Assembly (NCBI GenBank): GCA_017380115.1
Contig: JAFOEP010000038.1
Coordinates: forward strand, 1 to 33,517
DNA: 33,517 bases
Source: Clostridia bacterium
GTDB lineage: Bacteria > Bacillota > Clostridia > Oscillospirales > Acutalibacteraceae
Reading direction: 5' to 3'
Shown piece after piece: positions 8,993-15,739 of this stretch. The position numbers and the translations under genes were made by a program. The notes below the pieces were generated by a model that saw nothing but the letters and a program-made list of their open reading frames with translations, had not been told where the DNA came from and made no database searches. Position 1 is the stretch's first letter; every line of letters starts with the position of its first letter.

Positions 8993-10231
8993 TTAATAAT
9001 CTGCAAGTCTGATAACAGACTGTATATCTAATGAGTCAATTGACTTTATTTTTTCTTCCTGAATTTTCCTGATATCGCACGACGTCAAAAACGCAATCTC
9101 ATCTTTCGGAGCATTTTCACGCTTGAGGTATGTGACTTTTCCGAGAACTGATTCAATTTTCTTTTCAGCGTTTTCTTTGTCGGAAGCGAATCCTCTTATA
9201 TAAAGAGCAGTTGGCATATCATCAGATGATACCAGAACATCGCTTTTGTGTTCATTCCAGAAATAATTTTTTATTGTGCCTTTGTTGACTGCACAATCAA
9301 TAACATCTCCCACAACAGCACTTGCCGTTGCAAGTTTTCCTGCGCCCTTACCGATGAAATAAACTTCATCAACTGCGTTGCCGTCAACCATAATTGCGTT
9401 AAACACATCGTTAACCGCAGACAACGGACTTGCATCAGATATCAATGCGGGACTGACCTGTGCACAGATTTTTCCGTTTTCATCTTTTTCAGCAGAGCCG
9501 ATAAGCTTGATGACTCTGTTGCAATTCTTTGCATATTCAACGTCTGACAAAGAGATTTTTGTAATCCCTTCTGTTTTTATTTCATCAGGATAAATATGGT
9601 CTCCGAAACACAAAGAAGCAAGAATACAGATTTTTCTGCATGCGTCATGACCTTCAATATCATTGGTCGGGTCTTTTTCAGCATAACCATTTTCCTGTGC
9701 AATTTTCAACGCTTCTTCAAGACTCATATTGTCTCTTATCATTTTAGATAAAATGAAGTTAGTTGTTCCATTCAGAATTCCTGCAACCTTGTTGAATTTA
9801 TTACCTGCAAGACATTTGACTATCGGACGTATAATCGGAATACCTCCGCCTACACTTGCTTCAAACAAGAAGTTGACATCTTTTTCTTTTGCCAATTTTA
9901 AAAGTTCGTCTCCATAAGCTGCAACAAGTTCTTTGTTTGATGTGCATACGCTTTTGCCCGCTTGAAGACAACTTTTAACAAATTCATAAGCAGGATGAAG
10001 CCCGCCCATTGTTTCAACAACAATTTTTGTTTCATCGTCATTTAAAATATCGTTAAATTCCTTAGTAAATTTGTCGCTGAAAGGCAAATTCGGGAAATCT
10101 CTTAAATCAAGAATATGACTGATTTCAAGACTGTCAAGACAATTATTTTTCACGATTTGTTCGTTGTTCATCATTATAACTTCAACGACGCCCGAACCAA
10201 CCGTACCGTAACCCATAACAGAAATTTTCAT
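8993..10231 (-). CDS. hom: Homoserine dehydrogenase
   Basis: 412 aa. An NAD-binding N-terminus (ISVMGYGTVGSGV), the block GILNGTTNFILSKM...GYAEKDPTNDIEGHDA, and a C-terminal ACT-like domain. Confidence 0.9.
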   Translation of the reverse strand: MKISVMGYGTVGSGVVEVIMMNNEQIVKNNCLDSLEISHILDLRDFPNLPFSDKFTKEFNDILNDDETKIVVETMGGLHPAYEFVKSCLQAGKSVCTSNKELVAAYGDELLKLAKEKDVNFLFEASVGGGIPIIRPIVKCLAGNKFNKVAGILNGTTNFILSKMIRDNMSLEEALKIAQENGYAEKDPTNDIEGHDACRKICILASLCFGDHIYPDEIKTEGITKISLSDVEYAKNCNRVIKLIGSAEKDENGKICAQVSPALISDASPLSAVNDVFNAIMVDGNAVDEVYFIGKGAGKLATASAVVGDVIDCAVNKGTIKNYFWNEHKSDVLVSSDDMPTALYIRGFASDKENAEKKIESVLGKVTYLKRENAPKDEIAFLTSCDIRKIQEEKIKSIDSLDIQSVIRLADY

Positions 10232-10436
10232 CTTCGGCTGTCCTTAATACTTAATAAAGTATCTTCCTTTCACTTAATTTTTGCACACAAAGTTAAAATA
10301 TACTTTATAATTATATCATATAAGCAAATAATAATAAAGAGTATTTTTTAAATTTTTTTAAATTTTTATTACTTCTATTGTTTTTTGCATTTGTATGGTT
10401 TAAAATAACAGTATAGTTAATTAGGAGGAGATTATT

Positions 10437-11987
10437 TTGGATTACGCTACCGAAAGAAAGAGAAAGATAATAATCAATATTTTTTATTATGCAATCATTC
10501 TCGGCTTGTTTTATTTTTTTATGAGATATGCTTTCGGAATTTTTCTTCCGTTTATTGTAGCTGTTATAATTGCTGCAATTCTGCAAAAGCCTATTAACAC
10601 TCTTACAAAAAGATTCCGTGGCAAAAAAGGTATTATTTCAACAATCCTTGTTCTGGTTTTTGTCGGACTTGTTGCAACTTTTATTATTTTTGTCGGCGCA
10701 CAAATGGTTTCAGCCGTTAAAAGCTTCGCATCATTTTTGTCCCAGAAAATTGAATCGTTACCCGATTTTATAAACACAATTCAGGATTGGTTTTATAAAG
10801 TCATTGCGTTTTTGCCCGACAGCGCAGAAAACGTCATACACAACGCCATTGATTCTGTCGTTGCCAAGTTGTCATCATTTGCTGCTTCAAGCGAAGTTTC
10901 GAGCGTAAAAACATCATCTCTGCCGAGTTTTGACTTTTCGTCACTCTCTGCTCCGATAAGTGGAATCTGGAGCATCGCAAAAGGCATTCCGTCAATTCTC
11001 ATTTCAATTGTAATTTCAATAATCGCAACCTGCTTTGTTGCCGCAGACTATGACACATTGAAAAGCTTTATAATCCGTCAGTTCCCGGAGAAGAAAAGAT
11101 TTGCCCTTTCAAAAACAAAGCTTATAATCAGAAATTCAGTTTTCAAACTCATTAAAGCATATCTTCTGATTATTCTGATAACCTTCTTCGAAGTGACAAT
11201 AGGACTTAACATTTTGTCATGGCTCAACATTTTCCATAGCGAGTATATTCTTTTCATTGCATTTATCACTGCAATAGTTGACGTTATGCCGGTACTCGGA
11301 ACAGGTACCATCATTATTCCGTGGGCGTTGTATTCTTTCATCACTTCGGACACACCGTTGGGGATCGGCCTTCTGGTATTATATGCGTTTATCACAGTTG
11401 CAAGACAATTCATAGAACCCAAGCTTGTTGCAGGACAGCTGGGACTTCCTCCGTTTGTTACAATTATGGGTATGTATGTCGGACTTAAACTTTTCGGTGT
11501 GATAGGAATCTTTATTGTTCCGTTTGTTCTCATTATTCTCAAACTTCTCAACGACGACGGTGTTATTCACTTATGGATTCCGAATCCAAAAGCACGTTCT
11601 GTTTTAGATGAAGAATCTGTAAACAATGAAGAAAAAGAAGGTTTCTTCAAATCAATTTTCAAAAAGAAAAAAAAAATAAATAAAAATAAACAAAAGGTAA
11701 TTGCAAACAATCAGCGTTCGCAATTACCTTTTTCTTTTACCAATATTTTCTGTCAAGACTTCTGTATTGAACAGCTTCTGCAACGTGTTCCGGCAATATG
11801 TTTTCTTGTGCATCGAGGTCTGCTATTGTTCTTGCAACTCGCAGAATTTTGTCATATCCTCTTGCTGAAAGCGACATACTTTCAAATGCAGCCTTCATCA
11901 TCATTTCAGCTTCTTGCGACAAGACACAATATTTTCTTGTTTCAGACGGTGTCATTTTTGCATTGCAGTTTGTGTTACTGTTTTTAA
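10437..11987 (+). CDS. ytvI: YtvI / AI-2E family integral membrane protein. The ORF as read is probably over-extended, with the real C-terminus likely near 11676-11684.
   Basis: TTG start 8 nt after AGGAGG. Multi-TM body with an AI-2E/PerM-like region (VMPVLGTGTIIIPWALYSF...FIEPKLVAGQLGLPPFVTIMGMYVG). The last ~100 codons run through a terminator hairpin and lie antisense to the convergent comM-like gene. Confidence 0.7.
   Translation: MDYATERKRKIIINIFYYAIILGLFYFFMRYAFGIFLPFIVAVIIAAILQKPINTLTKRFRGKKGIISTILVLVFVGLVATFIIFVGAQMVSAVKSFASFLSQKIESLPDFINTIQDWFYKVIAFLPDSAENVIHNAIDSVVAKLSSFAASSEVSSVKTSSLPSFDFSSLSAPISGIWSIAKGIPSILISIVISIIATCFVAADYDTLKSFIIRQFPEKKRFALSKTKLIIRNSVFKLIKAYLLIILITFFEVTIGLNILSWLNIFHSEYILFIAFITAIVDVMPVLGTGTIIIPWALYSFITSDTPLGIGLLVLYAFITVARQFIEPKLVAGQLGLPPFVTIMGMYVGLKLFGVIGIFIVPFVLIILKLLNDDGVIHLWIPNPKARSVLDEESVNNEEKEGFFKSIFKKKKKINKNKQKVIANNQRSQLPFSFTNIFCQDFCIEQLLQRVPAICFLVHRGLLLFLQLAEFCHILLLKATYFQMQPSSSFQLLATRHNIFLFQTVSFLHCSLCYCF
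11696..11738. terminator. Bidirectional intrinsic terminator between the permease gene and the comM-like gene
   Basis: 9-bp stem GGTAATTGC (11696-11704) / GCAATTACC (11720-11728), with an inner AAC/GTT extension. TTTTTCTTTT follows on the plus strand, and a long T-rich run follows on the minus strand. Confidence 0.7.
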
Positions 11988-13260
11988 AGCGCTTGTTCTG
12001 AATATCTCTTGCTTTGTTTACCCTTTTTCTTATGTCTTCGCTTTTTTCAGCTTTGACTTTTTTCGTTATATCGTTATAGTCAACAGGTGGCACTTCAATG
12101 TGTATATCAACCCTGTCAAGCAACGGCCCCGAAACTTTTGCAAGATATTTTTCAACTGCATTTTTCGAGCAAGTACATTCTTTTGTCGGGTGACCGTAAT
12201 AACCACACGGGCAAGGATTCATTGCACAGACAAGCATAAACGAACAAGGATAGCTCACAGATGCCTGTACTCTTGAAAGCTTTATCACTCCGTCTTCTAT
12301 CGGCTGTCTCATCGTTTCAGTTATAGACCTTGGAAATTCCGGAAGCTCGTCGAGAAACAAAACGCCGTTGTGTGCCAGAGATAATTCTCCCGGCTTCGGA
12401 ATTGAACCGCCTCCCGATAATCCTGCAGGTGACGCCGTATGATGCGGCGCTCTGTACGGTCTCGTTTTTATAATTGAAACGTTTTCAGGCATTTCTCCCG
12501 CAATTGAATAGATTTTTGTGGTTTCAAGTGATTCTGATTGAGTCATCTGAGGAAGAATAGAGGGAAGCCTCTTTGCAAGCATTGTCTTGCCTGACCCCGG
12601 TGAGCCAACCATAATCAGATTGTGACCACCGGCCGCTGCAACCTCCAAAGCTCTTTTTGCTTCATATTGTCCCATAACGTCAGAAAAATCTTCAATATAT
12701 TTGTCCTCAACAATTTCAGGAAAATCATCTGACGAAACAGGTTTTATTTCAATTTTACCATTAATATAATCCACTACCTGACGGACACTGTCAACAGCAA
12801 TAACGTCAATGCCCTTCACACGGGAAGCCTCTGCGGCATTTCCTTTTGGAATAAAAATCTTTTTTATTCCTGTTGACATTGCTTCAATGACCATAGGCAA
12901 AACACCGTTGACTTTTCTTATAGTGCCGTCAAGGGATATTTCGCCTATGAACGCAACGTCATCACCGACATTCTTCAGCTGTCCGCTTGCACACAGAATA
13001 GCTATCAGAATCGGCAAATCATAAAATGTTCCGTTTTTCTTCTTGTCAGCAGGTGCAAGGTTAATCGTAATTCTGCTGACAGGAAAAACAAAGCTATTGT
13101 TTTTTATTGCTGAATGGACTCTGTCTTTTGCCTCGTTTATAGATGAATTCGGCAATCCGACAATATCAAACTTGGGCAAACCTCTGGACAAATCTACTTC
13201 AACGTCAATCATATACGTTTCAAGTCCGAGAATGCCAACACTTCTTATTCTTGAAAACAT
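11737..13260 (-). CDS. comM: YifB/ComM family Mg-chelatase-like AAA+ ATPase
   Basis: 507 aa. A Lon-like N-terminal domain (GLPKFDIVGLP...KESRERV-like), Walker A GSPGSGKTM, LFLDELPEF, and a C-terminal SARGYDKILRVARTIADL block. Confidence 0.9.
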   Translation of the reverse strand: MFSRIRSVGILGLETYMIDVEVDLSRGLPKFDIVGLPNSSINEAKDRVHSAIKNNSFVFPVSRITINLAPADKKKNGTFYDLPILIAILCASGQLKNVGDDVAFIGEISLDGTIRKVNGVLPMVIEAMSTGIKKIFIPKGNAAEASRVKGIDVIAVDSVRQVVDYINGKIEIKPVSSDDFPEIVEDKYIEDFSDVMGQYEAKRALEVAAAGGHNLIMVGSPGSGKTMLAKRLPSILPQMTQSESLETTKIYSIAGEMPENVSIIKTRPYRAPHHTASPAGLSGGGSIPKPGELSLAHNGVLFLDELPEFPRSITETMRQPIEDGVIKLSRVQASVSYPCSFMLVCAMNPCPCGYYGHPTKECTCSKNAVEKYLAKVSGPLLDRVDIHIEVPPVDYNDITKKVKAEKSEDIRKRVNKARDIQNKRFKNSNTNCNAKMTPSETRKYCVLSQEAEMMMKAAFESMSLSARGYDKILRVARTIADLDAQENILPEHVAEAVQYRSLDRKYW

Positions 13261-13274
13261 TAAAATTCTCCCAA

Positions 13275-14171
13275 TTAACCCATAAAAGTAAACTTAGCTT
13301 TCAGATTTTCTGAAGCTGTTTGTCCGTCAGGACTGATAATTAATCCTTCTGCCAGATAGAAAACATATTCTTTACCTTTTATAAGTTTGTTTTCGTCAAC
13401 AGGTGTCTTCAATATCATCATCTGATTGTTTTTGTCGTATTCAGATTTAATATTTTCACCTATTACCTCAACTTTAATTCCGTCGTTATCGTATGCAAAC
13501 GAAATTGCTGTTTTCTTGTCTTTCAACGCTTCTTCGTTAAGTCTTGTCAATTCAATTGTTCCGATTTTTGCAACAATATAATACTTTCCGTCCTCTTTTT
13601 CAAAAGAAACGTCACATGAAGCAACTTCTGCTGTCTGAGTATAATTCTTTTCTTTTTCAAGTTTTGCTGAAAGCTTTGAGCTTGATTGTGAAACTGAAAA
13701 TGCCTGTTTGATTTCACCGACAGACTCCTGAGATTTCTTCTCAGTAATCATTTTGTCAGATATTAAAATCTCATACTTTGAACCGTCTTTAATTTTAAGA
13801 GCATCATCAACAGTAACATAAATCAGAATATTTCCCGTTTTCATTTTATCGGTCTTTGTCCTTGCATATTCAATTTTATTAATTTTCAAAGAACAACTTT
13901 TCTTTTCGCTTTCAGTTGTAACTTCTGTTATCGTTGCAGCTTTTGTTTCGTCAATTTCATATTCCGTGTTAACTGACATATAAGGTGCTGAACACGAAAT
14001 TACAAGCGTATTTTCACTTTGAACATCTACATATTTAACATTGCCGTAACTTGTTTTTTCGTAAGATGCATTTTTAACTGCAAAAAATATAGCAACGCCT
14101 ATAAGCGAAATCGCCAGAACGATTGCTGTAACAATAATAATTATTTTTTTCATAGATTTGTTTCTTTCCAT
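13275..14171 (-). CDS. Hypothetical membrane-anchored extracytoplasmic protein
   Basis: One N-terminal TM helix (IIIIVTAIVLAISLIGVAIFFAV) and no recognisable motif. I chose the start at ATG 14171 (MERNKS) after AGAGGA. The track ORF starts at 14234. The gene ends 14 nt upstream of the comM-like gene. Confidence 0.5.
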   Translation of the reverse strand: MERNKSMKKIIIIVTAIVLAISLIGVAIFFAVKNASYEKTSYGNVKYVDVQSENTLVISCSAPYMSVNTEYEIDETKAATITEVTTESEKKSCSLKINKIEYARTKTDKMKTGNILIYVTVDDALKIKDGSKYEILISDKMITEKKSQESVGEIKQAFSVSQSSSKLSAKLEKEKNYTQTAEVASCDVSFEKEDGKYYIVAKIGTIELTRLNEEALKDKKTAISFAYDNDGIKVEVIGENIKSEYDKNNQMMILKTPVDENKLIKGKEYVFYLAEGLIISPDGQTASENLKAKFTFMG

Positions 14172-14481
14172 AAATATCCTCTTTTCTCTTCTGATTTTAA
14201 CAACAAAAATATAATATGAGGTTTTTATCGACAAAAAACACTCAAATTTTTATATTAACAGTGATAAAATCAGTCGTACTTTGCTTTTGAGATGATTATT
14301 TGGCTTAATAATCAAATTAATTTTACGCTCATTTAGTTGCAAAGTCAAGTTTTATCGGGTGTTACATATATATTTTACTTTTTTGGCTGCGTTTCATACA
14401 ATTCAAGCTTATGCCCTTTGTGCGTTTTTCATAAAAATGTCAAGAATGTGCATAATTTTTGTAAAAATTGCAGAATTTCTA

Positions 14482-14510
14482 TTGACAAAGTTGAAAAAAT
14501 ATATTAATAT
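14482..14510 (+). promoter_or_regulatory. Near-consensus sigma-A promoter upstream of the sigma-factor gene
   Basis: TTGACA (14482-14487), a 17-nt spacer, then TAATAT (14505-14510). Confidence 0.55.
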
Positions 14511-14564
14511 ATGCTTATAACATAATAAAATTTGTGTTATAACCATTGTCTGTAAGAGGTGTTT

Positions 14565-15164
14565 ATGCAAAACATAAATGAATCTGATATTGACTTTGAT
14601 AGTTTGTCTAACGAAGAACTTGTCATTTTAGCCAAAGGCGGCAATGAAAAAAGCGTTTGTGTTCTCATCAATAGAATGGGTGATATAATCGCTAAAAGCA
14701 TCTCACTTTATATTGACAATACTCTTGAAAGTGATGATATGGATCAAGAAGCAAAACTTGCTTTGTTGAACGCAGTAAAGTTTTATGATTCCCGCAAAAA
14801 TTCATCTTTCAGAACTTTTGCAGCAGTTTGTATCAATAACAGACTTTTAAATTTTATAAAATTAAAAAGTTCGAAAAAAATGATTTTTCAATCCGGTTTT
14901 ACCGACCTTGAAAATTCAGACTATGAATTAAACGAGGAATCAAAAGATAGCAACCCGGAAAACATTTTTATTGATAAGGAACAGTACAACTTGCTTGGCG
15001 GAATGATTAAAAATCTTCTGTCCGAGCTTGAATATTCTGTTTTTGAGTGTATTCTTGAAGGAATGACCTATGAGGAAACCTCCTTCAATCTTGGTTTAAG
15101 TTTTAAATCTGTTGACAACGCAATGCAAAGAGTAAGAAAAAAATTAAAGGATATTTTGAAATAA
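14565..15164 (+). CDS. Sigma-70 family RNA polymerase sigma factor, SigH-like
   Basis: The region-2 block SSFRTFAAVCINNRLLNFIK resembles TSFKAFAELCITRQIITAIK of B. subtilis SigH. The region-4 block LSELEYSVFECILEGMTYEETSFNLGLSFKSVDNAMQRVRKKL resembles LSDLERKVLVLYLDGRSYQEISDELNRHVKSIDNALQRVKRKL. I place the start at ATG 14565, after AGAGGTG. Confidence 0.75.
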   Translation: MQNINESDIDFDSLSNEELVILAKGGNEKSVCVLINRMGDIIAKSISLYIDNTLESDDMDQEAKLALLNAVKFYDSRKNSSFRTFAAVCINNRLLNFIKLKSSKKMIFQSGFTDLENSDYELNEESKDSNPENIFIDKEQYNLLGGMIKNLLSELEYSVFECILEGMTYEETSFNLGLSFKSVDNAMQRVRKKLKDILK

Positions 15165-15232
15165 CAGAATTGTCGGTCTGTTTTTTCTAAAAATATAAAA
15201 GAATATCACAATATTAAAGTGAGGTAAAAACT

Positions 15233-15520
15233 ATGTACGAAGACAAAACATTAGTCTGTAAAGACTGCGGCAATGAGTTTATTTTCTCAGCCGGTGAACA
15301 AGAGTTTTATGCAGAAAAAGGCTTTGAAAACGAACCAACTCGTTGTAAAGAGTGCAGAATAGCACGCAAACGTGCTATGAGACCTGAACGTGAGCTTTTT
15401 GATGCAGTATGCGCAGAATGTGGAGCACCTGCAAAGGTTCCTTTCCAGCCACGTGATGGAAGACCTGTTTTTTGCAGTGAATGTTTTGCAAAACAAAAAG
15501 AAGAAATCGTAGAAGATTGA
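15233..15520 (+). CDS. Small double zinc-ribbon (CxxC-x17-CxxC type) protein
   Basis: 95 aa with CKDCG...CKEC and CAECG...CSEC pairs and the conserved FxFSAGEQEFY motif. A GAGG ribosome-binding site precedes the ATG. Confidence 0.7.
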   Translation: MYEDKTLVCKDCGNEFIFSAGEQEFYAEKGFENEPTRCKECRIARKRAMRPERELFDAVCAECGAPAKVPFQPRDGRPVFCSECFAKQKEEIVED

Positions 15521-15574
15521 TAATAACAAATACATATATTGTATAAGTTAATAAATTCTTTTTAGCGAATTGAT

Positions 15575-15605
15575 GGCCACAGAAATATCTGTGGCCTTTC
15601 GCTTT
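15575..15605 (+). terminator. Intrinsic terminator after the zinc-ribbon gene
   Basis: Hairpin GGCCACAG-aaatat-CTGTGGCC, followed by TTTCGCTTT. Confidence 0.6.
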
Positions 15606-15645
15606 ATAATCTTTTTATTGTTAAAGCTTTAAAACATTATAACAC

Positions 15646-15699
15646 AAAATCCCACTTGCTTAAACGCCGAGCGTTGATAAGGAAGTGGGATCGTTTTTT
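15646..15699. terminator. Long imperfect hairpin, a bidirectional terminator (3' of the CHAP gene on the minus strand)
   Basis: Stem TCCCACTT (15650-15657) / AAGTGGGA (15683-15690), with further inner pairing. T-runs lie on both strands. It contains one copy of the 21-nt motif listed separately. Confidence 0.5.
15666..15686 (+). repeat. Copy 1 of the 21-nt motif GCCGAGYGTYGRTAAGGAAGT
   Basis: GCCGAGCGTTGATAAGGAAGT differs at 1 position from 32148-32168, and at 2 positions from the reverse complement of 32286-32306. Confidence 0.6.
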
Positions 15700-15739
15700 A
15701 ATAACATAACCGGATATGCAATAATCTGTTATTAACAAA

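Noticed and set aside
10232-10436. Lysine/SAM riboswitch or attenuator upstream of hom and aspartate kinase
   Set aside because: The leader after the TGaTATAAT extended -10 is only about 75 nt, AT-rich, and lacks conserved riboswitch cores or a terminator/antiterminator pair.
11078-11551. 157-aa minus-strand ORF inside the permease gene, together with the other long antisense ORFs in the track (e.g. 5446-5853, 1601-1966, 9248-9547, 22372-22659)
   Set aside because: Each lies fully inside a strongly supported gene on the opposite strand and has no motifs. These are typical shadow ORFs of AT-rich coding DNA.
11696-11987. C-terminal ~100 aa of the permease ORF read as a genuine extra domain
   Set aside because: It reads through a terminator hairpin and lies antisense to the comM-like gene. 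A +/-1 change in the A10 run restores an immediate stop. I treat it as an artefact or slippage product until shown otherwise.
15666-15686. The 21-nt motif as part of a tRNA (the GCCGAG..GTTGA stretch resembles a tRNA D-arm)
   Set aside because: No acceptor stem, anticodon arm or T-loop (GTTCRANYC) can be drawn around any of the three copies.
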